Positions 1-10,250 of a DNA stretch of 32,000 nucleotides are shown piece after piece. Both the position numbers and the translations under genes were made by a program. Below the pieces are notes generated by a model, which did not search any database, was not told the DNA's origin, and saw only the letters and a program-made list of their open reading frames with translations. Source of the stretch: Aliivibrio fischeri ES114 (GTDB lineage: Bacteria; Pseudomonadota; Gammaproteobacteria; Enterobacterales; Vibrionaceae); NCBI RefSeq assembly GCF_000011805.1, contig NC_006841.2; one strand, 5' to 3'. Position 1 is the first letter of the stretch. Each line of letters starts with the position of its first letter.

Positions 1-538
<538 letters not shown>

Positions 539-667
539 ACAACACCCAAGGGGTTTTAACGGATTCGTTAACCAAGACACAATATTGAATGTGATTAAGA
601 ATTAGTTTTAAATTAGAACAGTTTTCCAGATTATTATTAATCATTAGCATGATTAATAAACAAATTT

Positions 668-787
668 TGCTTGGCGACCATAGCGTTATGGACCCACCTG
701 ATCCCATGCCGAACTCAGAAGTGAAACGTAATAGCGCCGATGGTAGTGTGGGGTTTCCCCATGTGAGAGTAGGACATCGCCAGGCTT
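668..787 (+). rRNA. rrf: 5S ribosomal RNA
   Basis: A 120-nt stretch, TGCTTGGCGACCATAGCG...CCGAACTCAGAAGTGAAACG...GCCGATGGTAGTGTGGGG...GCCAGGCTT, is collinear with E. coli 5S rRNA. It lies about 130 nt after the 23S end. Confidence 0.95.
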
Positions 788-847
788 TAATTCTTCTTAT
801 TTTTAATTAAATAAGAGTTAGACAAAGTTAAGTCTTTAAAAAACTAC

Positions 848-924
<77 letters not shown>

Positions 925-933
925 TATTTAGAA

Positions 934-965
934 AAGGCTTATATCGAAAGGTATGAGCCTTTTTG
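934..965 (+). terminator. Rho-independent terminator of the rrn/tRNA-Trp transcript
   Basis: Stem AAGGCTTATA (934-943) pairs with TATGAGCCTT (952-961), including one G-U pair. The loop is TCGAAAGG and a T-run follows. Confidence 0.7.
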
Positions 966-984
966 CTATCTGATATTTAAGAAA

Positions 985-1050
985 AGAGCCGTGGATTCCC
1001 CTACCATAAGAACGCGCGTGTTGGGAGTTCGAATCTCTCCACCCCTGCCA
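985..1050 (+). pseudogene. Truncated tRNA-Trp pseudogene (part of D-arm to CCA end; anticodon arm disrupted)
   Basis: The variable loop, T-arm, 3' acceptor strand and CCA (1016-1050) are identical to 890-924. No 5' acceptor strand (AGGGGTG) is present upstream. The segment AAATCC of the anticodon loop/stem is replaced by the 16-nt CCTACCATAAGAACGC. Confidence 0.75.
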
Positions 1051-1059
1051 TATTTAGAA

Positions 1060-1091
1060 AAGGCTTATATCGAAAGGTATAAGCCTTTTTG
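1060..1091 (+). terminator. Duplicated copy of the tRNA-Trp terminator hairpin
   Basis: Same hairpin as 934-965, shifted by 126 bp. Here the stem is perfect (TATAAGCC instead of TATGAGCC) and is followed by TTTTT. Confidence 0.6.
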
Positions 1092-1258
1092 CTATCTGCG
1101 ATTTAAGAAAAGAGCCTTTTTACTTTCTACGACTTAAGAAAAGGGGAGTGAGTTTGCTTGAATATGAAAGCAGATGTACATCGAAAGTTATTAGCTTTTT
1201 CTTTTAAAATGCCTCCAATTTGTTAGAATATCGCGCATATTTAAAGGAGAGTAATACA

Positions 1259-2179
1259 ATGTCAATGTATGTAGTGGGCCATAAGGTTCCAGATTCAGAT
1301 TCAATTTGTGGTGCGATTGCACTAGCTTACTTAAAAAATCAGATTGGTGAAGCAGCGATTCCTACTCGTTTAGGTGAAGTATCTCCTGAGACTGCATTTA
1401 TCCTAGAAAAATTTGGCCTTGAAACGCCAGAATTAAAAACAAGTTACGCTGGTGAAGAAGTGTACATTGTTGACCATTCAGAGTTAACTCAAGCACCTGA
1501 CGATATTGCAGAAGCCACTATCGTAGGTATTGTTGATCACCATAAATTAGGTGACTTAACAACTTCAACTCCTCTTGAGTGCTGGATTCGTCCTGTTGGC
1601 TGTAGTAACACAGTTATTAAGATGATGTATGATTTTTACAATGTAGAAATTCCACAAAACATTGCTGGTATCATGTTATGTGCAATTTTAAGTGACACTG
1701 TAATTTTCAAATCACCAACATGTACAACGGCTGATATCAAGTGTGTTGAAGCACTAGCTGAAATTGCTGGTGTTGAAGATTTCAAAGCACTAGGCATGGA
1801 AATGTTTAAAGTAAAATCAGCAGTAGAAGGTACACCAGTACGTGATCTTGTTATGCGTGATTTTAAAGATTTCAACATGAATGGCGATCTTGTTGGTATT
1901 GGCCAATTAGAAGTGATCGATCTTTCTGTATTTGATGAAATTAAAGAAGAGTTAGAAGCTGATATCGCAGCAATGAAAGCTGAAGGTAACCGCCACACTA
2001 TGATTCTTCTATTAACAGATATCATGAAAGAAGGCTCAGAAATGTTAGTTATCAGTGATAACGAAGAACTAACAGAAAAAGCATATGGTAAAGCGTCTGT
2101 AAATGGCCGTGTATGGCTTGATGGTGTTCTAAGCCGTAAGAAACAAGTTGTTCCTCAACTACAAGAAGTATTTGCTTAA
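1259..2179 (+). CDS. ppaC: Manganese-dependent inorganic pyrophosphatase, family II (DHH/DHHA2)
   Basis: The ORF track entry 1220-2179 is trimmed here to the ATG at 1259, which is preceded by AAGGAGAG. The 306-aa product has the N-terminal VVGHKVPDSDSICGA motif, the VDHH motif (IVGIVDHHKLGD) and the typical family II length. Confidence 0.9.
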   Translation: MSMYVVGHKVPDSDSICGAIALAYLKNQIGEAAIPTRLGEVSPETAFILEKFGLETPELKTSYAGEEVYIVDHSELTQAPDDIAEATIVGIVDHHKLGDLTTSTPLECWIRPVGCSNTVIKMMYDFYNVEIPQNIAGIMLCAILSDTVIFKSPTCTTADIKCVEALAEIAGVEDFKALGMEMFKVKSAVEGTPVRDLVMRDFKDFNMNGDLVGIGQLEVIDLSVFDEIKEELEADIAAMKAEGNRHTMILLLTDIMKEGSEMLVISDNEELTEKAYGKASVNGRVWLDGVLSRKKQVVPQLQEVFA

Positions 2180-2203
2180 TCTTTAAATATTAAGTAATAG
2201 ATA

Positions 2204-2235
2204 AAAGCCCATGCAAATATGTATGGGCTTTTTTA
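2204..2235. terminator. Bidirectional intrinsic terminator between ppaC and the convergent small ORF
   Basis: AAAGCCCAT (2204-2212) pairs with ATGGGCTTT (2223-2231). It is followed by TTTT on the + strand and by a T-rich run on the - strand. Confidence 0.7.
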
Positions 2236-2241
2236 TTGTCT

Positions 2242-2394
2242 TTAAACCGCTTCTTCTAATTCTAGTTTTCGTTTATCTAGAAAGATCCCATCCTTTTTTA
2301 TCACACCGCATTCAGAACAGATAATGGTCTCTTGGCTATCAGAAATGAGTAGTTCATTTGATAGGCATACTGGGCATTCTTGTACTTCATTCAT
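2242..2394 (-). CDS. Small (50 aa) four-cysteine zinc-ribbon protein; not in the supplied ORF track
   Basis: My own translation of the minus strand gives MNEVQECPVCLSNELLISDSQETIICSECGVIKKDGIFLDKRKLELEEAV. The ATG at 2394 is preceded by AAGGGGA about 6 nt upstream. The stop is at 2242-2244, directly followed by the 2204-2235 hairpin. CPVC-x15-CSEC is a TFIIB-type zinc-ribbon spacing. Confidence 0.6.
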   Translation of the reverse strand: MNEVQECPVCLSNELLISDSQETIICSECGVIKKDGIFLDKRKLELEEAV

Positions 2395-2649
2395 AAATGT
2401 TCCCCTTAGCAAGTGTTGTTGTTGAGCATTAATAGATCTTATTTAGTTTGTATAGTTAGTTTCTCTTAATGGAAGATGAGATTAAATACCAAAAATGAGA
2501 TTGTTCGATTATTGAGATGCGAATCAATGAAATCATTATAAATTAAAGATGGCTAAGTATTGATTTTATGAAAGGGGATTTTTGTGAACTGACAGCAAAG
2601 ATTTACTGCCAGTATATGGAGATATTAAAAAAGGGTATTAATTAAATGC

Positions 2650-3174
2650 CTATCGAGATAGTTTGATTCGTAAAGTTCGCTTTTGCCAACTTCTAACTAC
2701 TGAGTAGCGCCAAAGTCCACGAATACCAAAGTAACCGATTAGAGCGGACGAAATACCACAAATAGCGCAGCCTAATAAGAATGGAGGACCAATCGTCGAC
2801 ATCTGAGAGCCAATAAACTCCCAAGAAAGCTCAAAATGGAAATGTTGAGCAGGAGTTGATAAAACCCACGCACCAAGCTTATAAGCACCATAAAAAAGTA
2901 CCGGCATAGTTACAGGATTACTAACCCAAACTAGAGCAATAGAAAGGGGAAGGTTGACACTACATAGAATCGCTAAGCCTGCTGCCATGATCATTTGACT
3001 AGGAAGAGGAACGAAAGCCATAAATAATCCGACAGCAAACGCGCCTGCTGCTGAGCGACGATTTAAGCACCATAAGTTTGGATTGTATAAAACATTACCA
3101 AATATTTTTAAGGCTTTTTGGCGCTTAATGGTTTCGTGGTTTGGTAAAAAACGTTTAATGAGTTTTCTTGGCAT
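2650..3174 (-). CDS. DUF2062-family inner-membrane protein
   Basis: 174-aa ORF. The core AGAFAVGLFMAFVPLPSQMIMAAGLAILCSVNLPLSIALVWVSNPVTMPVLFYGAYKLG matches my recollection of the DUF2062 signature. Several hydrophobic helices are present. Confidence 0.7.
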   Translation of the reverse strand: MPRKLIKRFLPNHETIKRQKALKIFGNVLYNPNLWCLNRRSAAGAFAVGLFMAFVPLPSQMIMAAGLAILCSVNLPLSIALVWVSNPVTMPVLFYGAYKLGAWVLSTPAQHFHFELSWEFIGSQMSTIGPPFLLGCAICGISSALIGYFGIRGLWRYSVVRSWQKRTLRIKLSR

Positions 3175-3180
3175 TAGTTT

Positions 3181-5484
3181 ATGCTTCTGTTAAATGACAT
3201 ACGTATAAAGATCGTTGTCGTAATTCTTATTCTTTTTTCATCGACTTTTTGGCCGATAAACCTGCCGTCGTCTGTATTTTTTTTGTGTATTATTAGCTAT
3301 TTAGCAGCTTTAAAATATTCCCAATTAAAAGTGATACAAGGTATCTTTTTGGGATTAATCATCACATCCTTACACATAACTTACTATCAAAACTTAAATA
3401 AAAGTCTTTATAGTCAAGGACATGATATTACCATCAAAGGTGAAATTCAAAGTCTAATTGCATTTAAAGAAACGACATCTTCAATTTTAGTACAAGTTAC
3501 TGAGTTTAATAGTAATAAGTTTTTACCTAATTTTTCCCCGCTAGTAAGGCTGTCGATTCGAGATTTTAAAAAGCAATTGACTGATGATACATCTATTCTC
3601 TTTAAGCAAGGTGAGATATGGCAGTTTGATGTTTCGTTGAGACCACCGATAGGACGCCATAATGAAGTTGGATATAAACTGGAAGGGTATGCATTATCAA
3701 AAGGCATACATGCCTATGGGAAAATAAAGGCAGCAACACGCTTAATGCCTTCAACATCTTATCGAAGTAATTTGTTTATAGAGTCTTATAACAAGACAAT
3801 TAGTTATGATTATCAATCATTGTTATTGGCACTAACATTTGGATATAAAGGAGATATTGCTGCGAGTGAGTGGCAAATTTTACGTAACTCAGGGTTAGCT
3901 CATCTTATTGCGATATCAGGTTTACATATTGGTTTTGTTTATGGCATCGGATGGTTTGTAGGAAGAGGTTTTAGATCATTAAATCCTACGCATTATCATG
4001 TTTGGCTACCTGTTTTATTTGGAGGTATTTTTGCGACAACTTATGCGTGGTTAGCTGATTTTTCATTACCAACCATTCGAGCATTAATTGCGTGTTTTTT
4101 AGTTTCAATATTATTGATATTACGTATTAAATGGCCAAAACATCTCTTTTTCTTATGGTGTTTACTACTTTGCTTAGCTATAAACCCATTTTCATCATTA
4201 TCGATGAGTTTTTGGCTTTCTTTTTGTGCGGTCAGTGTTGTTCTATTTTCTTTGTATATCTATCAAAAAATAGGAACAGATAAATTAAATGGAAGAGTAA
4301 AAAAAGTAACCCAAGTTGTTTTTATTCAATTTGGTTTATTTACGTTGTTGACTCCTATCCAAGGGTATTTTTTCTCTGGAATAAGTTATCTATCTCCATT
4401 CATCAACTTGATAGCCGTTCCGTGGGTGAGTTTATTTACGGTTCCTCTTAGTCTTGTGGCTGTCGCATTTGATATGCTGAGTTTACCAATTAGCTCGTGG
4501 TTCTGGAAAGGGGCTAATGGTTCATTAAAGCCGATTTGGTGGTTAGCTAAACAAGCAGAGCATTCTTGGCTTTTGCTTCCTACTGTATTTAATCAAGTCA
4601 TTATTTTTATTCTTATATTGTTAATGCTTAAACTTTTTATGCCACTTAAAGCATTAGTTAATCCGTTATTTATACTACTCATCTGTGCGGCTTTTATAAG
4701 GCCAGATAAGAAATGGCAAGTTGATTTTTTAGATGTTGGCCATGGCTTGGCTGTGCTTATTGAAGCTAACGATAAAACGATTATTTACGATACTGGGATG
4801 AAGTGGGGTAATGGAAGTATTGCTGAGAGTGTTATAGAGCCAATTTTGCATCGTCGAGGGATACAATCGATCACCGGTTTAATTTTAAGTCATCTAGATA
4901 ATGATCATGCTGGTGGTAAGGATTATTTAATCGAGCGATTTACACCAAATTGGGTTCGTACTAGTGAGGTAAGTAACATAACAATGCCTTGCATTCAAGG
5001 TGAAAAATGGCGAGAAGGAAGTATAGAGTTTGAGGTTTTATGGCCACCAAAATTGGTGAAAAGAGCTTATAATCCACATTCTTGTGTGATTAAACTTGAT
5101 ATTGATAAATGGACATTTTTATTAACTGGGGACATTGATGCTATTTCAGAAATGTTGATATTAAATCAAAATGATTTTGGCTCTGTGGATGTTCTCTTAG
5201 TTCCACACCATGGTTCCACAACATCGTCAACAGATCGTTGGGTTAATACAATGAAGAATAAAACAGCAATTGTATCAACAGGGCGGTTTAGCCCATGGAA
5301 TTTACCTAGTAAACAAATAAAACAAAAATACAGCGAAAATAATATAACTTGGTTAGATACTGCTCAATCTGGTCAAATAAGCCTTTATGCAATTAATGAT
5401 AAATTACACATTAATAGGTATTCAGAAGTGAATCAGAACGTTTGGTACAGAAAGCTATTTGGCGATAACTTAAATTCAGAGTAG
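3181..5484 (+). CDS. comEC: DNA internalization-related competence protein ComEC/Rec2
   Basis: 767-aa polytopic membrane protein with a competence-domain core (LRNSGLAHLIAISGLHIG). The C-terminal metallo-beta-lactamase domain carries LDVGHGLA, HLDNDHAGG and VPHHGS motifs. It occupies the same position upstream of msbA as E. coli ycaI. Confidence 0.9.
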   Translation: MLLLNDIRIKIVVVILILFSSTFWPINLPSSVFFLCIISYLAALKYSQLKVIQGIFLGLIITSLHITYYQNLNKSLYSQGHDITIKGEIQSLIAFKETTSSILVQVTEFNSNKFLPNFSPLVRLSIRDFKKQLTDDTSILFKQGEIWQFDVSLRPPIGRHNEVGYKLEGYALSKGIHAYGKIKAATRLMPSTSYRSNLFIESYNKTISYDYQSLLLALTFGYKGDIAASEWQILRNSGLAHLIAISGLHIGFVYGIGWFVGRGFRSLNPTHYHVWLPVLFGGIFATTYAWLADFSLPTIRALIACFLVSILLILRIKWPKHLFFLWCLLLCLAINPFSSLSMSFWLSFCAVSVVLFSLYIYQKIGTDKLNGRVKKVTQVVFIQFGLFTLLTPIQGYFFSGISYLSPFINLIAVPWVSLFTVPLSLVAVAFDMLSLPISSWFWKGANGSLKPIWWLAKQAEHSWLLLPTVFNQVIIFILILLMLKLFMPLKALVNPLFILLICAAFIRPDKKWQVDFLDVGHGLAVLIEANDKTIIYDTGMKWGNGSIAESVIEPILHRRGIQSITGLILSHLDNDHAGGKDYLIERFTPNWVRTSEVSNITMPCIQGEKWREGSIEFEVLWPPKLVKRAYNPHSCVIKLDIDKWTFLLTGDIDAISEMLILNQNDFGSVDVLLVPHHGSTTSSTDRWVNTMKNKTAIVSTGRFSPWNLPSKQIKQKYSENNITWLDTAQSGQISLYAINDKLHINRYSEVNQNVWYRKLFGDNLNSE

Positions 5485-5518
5485 AATAAAGGTAATTGTA
5501 TATGAAGAATAAGTACTT

Positions 5519-7267
5519 ATGACTATTGAAAAAGACGAATCTACATGGGCAACATTCAAACGTTTATGGCCGCATATTTCTCTGTATAAAGCGGGACTAG
5601 GCGTTGCTGTTGTCGCTCTTGTGATTAATGCCTTAAGTGATACCTACATGATCTCTTTACTAAAACCACTTTTAGATGAAGGTTTTGGTAGTGCAGATTC
5701 TGACTTCTTGAAGAAAATGCCATTTATTATTTTAGCTATGATGTTTATTCGTGGTCTAAGTGGCTTTGTTTCTGGTTATTGTATGAGTTGGGTTGCGAGT
5801 AACGTTGTTATGCGTATTCGTCGCCAGATTTTTAACCATTTTATGCACATGCCTGTCAGTTATTTTGATCAAGAATCAACAGGACGTTTACTTTCTCGAA
5901 TTACCTATGATTCAGAGCAAGTAGCAGCGGCAACGAGTAAAGCGCTGGTTAATATTGTACGTGAATCTGCGAGCATTATTGGTTTATTAGGTCTGATGTT
6001 TTGGAACAGTTGGCAGCTTTCATTGGTATTAGTGGTTATTGCTCCAGTTGTTGCGTTCGCTATTAGCAATGTTTCTAAACGCTTTAGAAAGATCAGTAAA
6101 AACATGCAAACGGCGATGGGCTCTTTAACAGCAACGTCTGAGCAAATGCTAAAAGGGCATAAAGTGGTACTTAGCTACGGTGGCCAAAAAGTTGAATCTG
6201 AGCGCTTTGATAACATCAGTAACCACATGCGTCAGCAAAACATGAAAATGGTGGTTGCTCAAGGTTTAGCTAACCCGATTATTCAAATGATTGCTTCGTT
6301 TGCTTTAGTTACTGTGCTTTATTTAGCAAGTGTTGATTCAATTAAAGAGACATTGACTCCAGGTACTTTCACTGTTGTTTTCTCTGCAATGTTTGGTCTA
6401 TTACGTCCATTGAAGGGATTAACAAGTGTTACTTCTGATTTCCAACGTGGTATGGCTGCATGTCAGACTTTGTTCGAATTAATGGATATGGATAAAGAAA
6501 AAGACGACGGTACGATTGAAAAAGACACAGTAAAGGGTGACATTAAAGTTGATAATGTGACTTTTACTTATCCAACAGCAGACGGCCCAGCATTACGTAA
6601 TGTTAGCTTTGATTTACCTGCGGGTAAGACAATTGCTTTAGTTGGTCGTTCTGGCTCAGGCAAGAGTACTATCGCGAACTTATTTACTCGTTTCTATGAT
6701 GTTGATTCTGGTGAAATAAGTCTTGATGGCGATAAGATTGAAGATTACCGCTTACCAAACTTACGTAAGCACTTTGCTTTAGTATCTCAAAATGTTCATT
6801 TATTTAATGATACGGTTGCAAATAATATTGCCTATGCATCTGAAGGTAAGTTTACCCGTTTAGAAATAGAAAAAGCGGCAGAGCTTGCTTACGCGTCTGA
6901 CTTTATTAATAAGATGGATGACGGCTTTGACACCATGATTGGTGAAAATGGCGCAAGTTTATCTGGTGGTCAACGTCAGCGTATTGCGATTGCTCGAGCA
7001 TTATTACAAAACGCACCAGTATTAATTCTTGATGAGGCAACATCTGCACTTGATACCGAATCTGAAAAAGCGATTCAATCTGCACTAGATGAACTTCAAA
7101 AAGACAAAACAGTATTGGTTATTGCTCACCGCTTATCAACAATTGAAGATGCCGATCAGATCTTAGTTGTGGATGAGGGTGAAGTAGTTGAACGTGGTAA
7201 TCATGCTGAACTTATCGCTCATGATGGAGCTTATGCTCAATTACATCGTATTCAGTTTGGTGATTAA
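5519..7267 (+). CDS. msbA: Lipid A export ATP-binding/permease protein MsbA
   Basis: 582 aa, collinear with E. coli MsbA from the N-terminus ([15 protein letters not shown] versus DLSTWQTFRRLWPTI). Walker [10 protein letters not shown], signature LSGGQRQR and Walker [13 protein letters not shown] are present. Confidence 0.97.
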   Translation: MTIEKDESTWATFKRLWPHISLYKAGLGVAVVALVINALSDTYMISLLKPLLDEGFGSADSDFLKKMPFIILAMMFIRGLSGFVSGYCMSWVASNVVMRIRRQIFNHFMHMPVSYFDQESTGRLLSRITYDSEQVAAATSKALVNIVRESASIIGLLGLMFWNSWQLSLVLVVIAPVVAFAISNVSKRFRKISKNMQTAMGSLTATSEQMLKGHKVVLSYGGQKVESERFDNISNHMRQQNMKMVVAQGLANPIIQMIASFALVTVLYLASVDSIKETLTPGTFTVVFSAMFGLLRPLKGLTSVTSDFQRGMAACQTLFELMDMDKEKDDGTIEKDTVKGDIKVDNVTFTYPTADGPALRNVSFDLPAGKTIALVGRSGSGKSTIANLFTRFYDVDSGEISLDGDKIEDYRLPNLRKHFALVSQNVHLFNDTVANNIAYASEGKFTRLEIEKAAELAYASDFINKMDDGFDTMIGENGASLSGGQRQRIAIARALLQNAPVLILDEATSALDTESEKAIQSALDELQKDKTVLVIAHRLSTIEDADQILVVDEGEVVERGNHAELIAHDGAYAQLHRIQFGD

Positions 7268-8253
7268 TGATTGAAAAAATTTGGTTTGATAACCATTTTT
7301 TAGGAAAGCTATTGTGGCCATTATTGTGGCCACTTAGTTACCTATTCAAATGGATAGCCACAAAACGAAAATCAGATTACCAAAGTGGTAAAAAACAAAG
7401 TTACCGTTCTTCGGTTCCTGTTGTCGTTGTTGGTAATATTACCGCTGGTGGTAATGGTAAGACGCCGGTTGTAGTGTGGCTTGTTGAGCAGCTGCAATCA
7501 AAAGGGTACAAAGTAGGTGTTGCCTCTCGTGGTTACGGTGGTAAAGCTCCGCATTATCCTTATTTATTAACAGAAACCACAACACCAGATATTTCAGGTG
7601 ATGAGCCCGTCTTAATTAAACAACGTACTAAAGCTGAAGTTGCTGTTGCCCCAGTTCGCAGTGAAGCAGTTAAAATGCTTGAACAGCAAGGCGTTGATTT
7701 TATTATTACAGATGATGGTCTACAGCACTATGCGCTTCAACGAGATATAGAGTTTATTGTTATTGACGGAAAGCGCCGTTTTGGTAATCAGCATTATATT
7801 CCTCTAGGCCCATTAAGAGAAGGTGTAGAGCGTTTATCTAGTGTTGATTTCTTAATTTGTAATGGTGGAGAGTCTCAAGAAAATGAGGTATCAATGCGAC
7901 TTCAACCAAGTGAAGCGATTAATTTAGTCACTGGTGAAAGGCGCAGTGTTTCATCGTTATCAAATTTAGTTGCTTTTGCTGGAATAGGGCATCCTCCACG
8001 ATTTTTTGAGACTCTTAATCAGCTGAAAGCGAATGTGGTTCATACCCAAGGTTTTGAAGATCATAAAGCGTTTGAACCAACAGAAATTGAACAACTAATG
8101 CAGTATGGCGAGCAGTTAATCATGACAGAAAAAGATGCAGTTAAATGCCAGTCTTTTGCTCAATCGTCATGGTGGTACTTGCCTGTTGATGCGACCTTCC
8201 CAAAAGAGAAAGCACAACAAATATTAAATAAAATTATTGAGGTAAAAGAATAA
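7267..8253 (+). CDS. lpxK: Tetraacyldisaccharide 4'-kinase LpxK
   Basis: 328 aa with the P-loop [12 protein letters not shown] and the DDGLQH motif. The start overlaps the msbA stop (TAATG). Order is conserved as msbA-lpxK. Confidence 0.95.
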
Positions 8254-8254
8254 T

Positions 8255-8452
8255 ATGGATTATCGTCTTCTTGAAATCGTAGCTTGCCCGGTATGTAAAG
8301 GAAAACTGAACTACGATAAAGATAAGCAAGAGCTTATTTGTAAAATTGATCGTCTTGCTTACCCAATTAAAGATGGCATTCCTGTAATGCTTGAGCCTGA
8401 AGCTCGTCGTATGACAATGGAAGAGGTTGAATCATGTCGTTCACAGTCATAA
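8255..8452 (+). CDS. ycaR: Trm112/YcaR-family small zinc-ribbon-like protein (UPF0434)
   Basis: 65 aa, [14 protein letters not shown]...[18 protein letters not shown]. It sits between lpxK and kdsB as in E. coli. Confidence 0.85.
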
Positions 8453-9183
8453 TTCCTGCACGTTACCAATCAACTCGTTTACCGGGTAAACCGTTAGCTG
8501 ACATTTGTGGTAAGCCGATGATTCAATGGGTTTACGAACAAGCATCAAAGGCAGGGGCAGACCGTGTGATCATCGCAACGGATGACAGCCGTATTGAAGC
8601 TGTAGTGAAAGGTTTTGGTGGTGATGTATGCATGACGTCACCAAACCACGAATCAGGTACAGAACGTCTTGCTGAAGTGATCGAAAAATGCGGAATTTCA
8701 GCTGATGAGATCGTTGTAAATGTACAAGGTGATGAACCACTAATTCCACCTAGTATTATTCAGCAAGTGGCTCAAAACTTGTCAGATTCAGTAGCACCAA
8801 TGGCAACATTGGCTGTAACTATTGATGAAGAAGACGATGTGTTTAATCCTAATGCCGTTAAAGTTGTTACGGATGCCGAAGGGTATGCGTTGTATTTTAG
8901 TCGCGCTTCTATCCCGTGGGATCGCGATGCTTTTGCTCAAGGTGAGACGCTTACTGCCAACCCTTTACTTCGTCATATTGGTATTTATGCGTATCGTGCT
9001 GGCTTTATTAATACATACATTAATTGGCAACCAAGTGTTCTTGAGAAAATTGAATGCTTAGAGCAACTTCGTGTTCTTTGGTATGGTGAAAAAATTCACG
9101 TTGCAGTAGCAAAAGAAGCGCCTGCGGCAGGAGTTGATACACCAGAAGACTTAGAAAAAGTGCGCGCGATTCTATCCAAGTAA
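8434..9183 (+). CDS. kdsB: 3-deoxy-manno-octulosonate cytidylyltransferase (CMP-KDO synthetase)
   Basis: 249 aa. [33 protein letters not shown] and [18 protein letters not shown] are collinear with E. coli KdsB. It overlaps the ycaR end by 19 nt. Confidence 0.97.
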
Positions 9184-9197
9184 TATCAATTTTATAT

Positions 9198-9238
9198 AAA
9201 AAAAGCACATACCGTTTTAAACAGTATGTGCTTTTTTA
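9198..9238. terminator. Bidirectional intrinsic terminator between kdsB and elyC
   Basis: AGCACATAC (9204-9212) pairs with GTATGTGCT (9224-9232). It is flanked by an A-run and a T-run. Confidence 0.75.
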
Positions 9239-9251
9239 TTTGTATACGTTT

Positions 9252-10115
9252 TTATTTTTCGTCAGATAAAGGTAGGGAATCTTTTAATTCGTCTACTTTT
9301 TCCATGACATCTTCAATTTCAAGTTTAGGCGTCTCTTGAGCTTGTTGCTCTTTCTTCATCACTAAATCTTTTAACTGCATAAACCAACGGCCCATTTGCT
9401 CATACCAGAAACGTTCACTTTGCTCTAAATATTTTGCTTTAGGTGCGTACTTATCCCAAGGTTGTTTAACCTCTGAATGGGCAAGATAGTTGGTTGGTGC
9501 AGGAACTGGATCCATACCTAACTGATGGAATTCAGACATCGCTCTTGGCATATGACTCGCAGAAGTAACCAATACAAGTGTGCTTTTACCTACCGAATTG
9601 AAGGTTTGAATGGCTTCTTCGTGTGTGTCTCGTGCGCTTTCTAACAGTAAAATATCCGATTTCTGGACACCTAAAGACAGAGCAACACGAGCCATCATAC
9701 GCGCGTGACTTACCGTTGTTCCACCGTTATAACCTGAAAGAATCATTTTAGAACCAGGATACATACGATATATACGGATCCCTTCAGTTAATCTCATTAC
9801 TGCTGCTCTCGACAGCTCTGAAATAGGAGATATTTCGTCATCTACAACGTGACCATTACCAAGAACAAGTACGTACTCAACTGGCGTCTCTGGCGCAATA
9901 AACGAAGGATAAATTCGTTCAGTCGATTTTAATAATGGTGTTGTGATTGGTTGAAAAGAGAGCAGAAAAATACCCAAAAGAGATAAAGTTAATAAAAAAG
10001 AGGCAAATCCTTTCCTTTTTGAAAACCATAAAATTAATAATCCAATGAACCCTATTAGGAGAAAACCTGGTAGGGGCATTAACATGGATGATAAAAACTT
10101 CTTTAACTCAAACAT
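9252..10115 (-). CDS. elyC: Envelope biogenesis factor ElyC (YcbC, DUF218 domain)
   Basis: 287 aa. The N-terminus MFELKKFLSSMLMPLPGFLL and the LVTSASHMPRAM motif are collinear with E. coli ElyC. It lies upstream of and divergent from cmoM-mukFEB as in E. coli. It has an extra acidic C-terminal tail. Confidence 0.85.
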   Translation of the reverse strand: MFELKKFLSSMLMPLPGFLLIGFIGLLILWFSKRKGFASFLLTLSLLGIFLLSFQPITTPLLKSTERIYPSFIAPETPVEYVLVLGNGHVVDDEISPISELSRAAVMRLTEGIRIYRMYPGSKMILSGYNGGTTVSHARMMARVALSLGVQKSDILLLESARDTHEEAIQTFNSVGKSTLVLVTSASHMPRAMSEFHQLGMDPVPAPTNYLAHSEVKQPWDKYAPKAKYLEQSERFWYEQMGRWFMQLKDLVMKKEQQAQETPKLEIEDVMEKVDELKDSLPLSDEK

Positions 10116-10250
10116 ATTTTTTAACTATTACCGCTGATATAGAATGAAAAATCACCACTTGAGAACAAAAAACAGCGTCATGCTGTTACTTCCTTGAGCT
10201 CTTATGCGACAATGCATGTTTCCAATAGATAATATCATAACTTAACCACT

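Noticed and set aside
634-659. Perfect 11-bp inverted repeat TTATTAATCAT-TAGC-ATGATTAATAA in the 23S-5S spacer
   Set aside because: It lies 9 nt upstream of mature 5S inside the rRNA precursor. It is most simply a spacer or processing stem of the rrn transcript, not an independent element.
2568-2645. 25-aa ORF (MKGDFCELTAKIYCQYMEILKKGIN) in the intergenic region upstream of the zinc-ribbon gene
   Set aside because: There is no Shine-Dalgarno and no recognisable motif, and it sits in AT-rich DNA where such ORFs arise by chance. The imperfect hairpin CTGACAG-N10-CTGCCAG inside it is more likely the DUF2062 gene's 3' structure.
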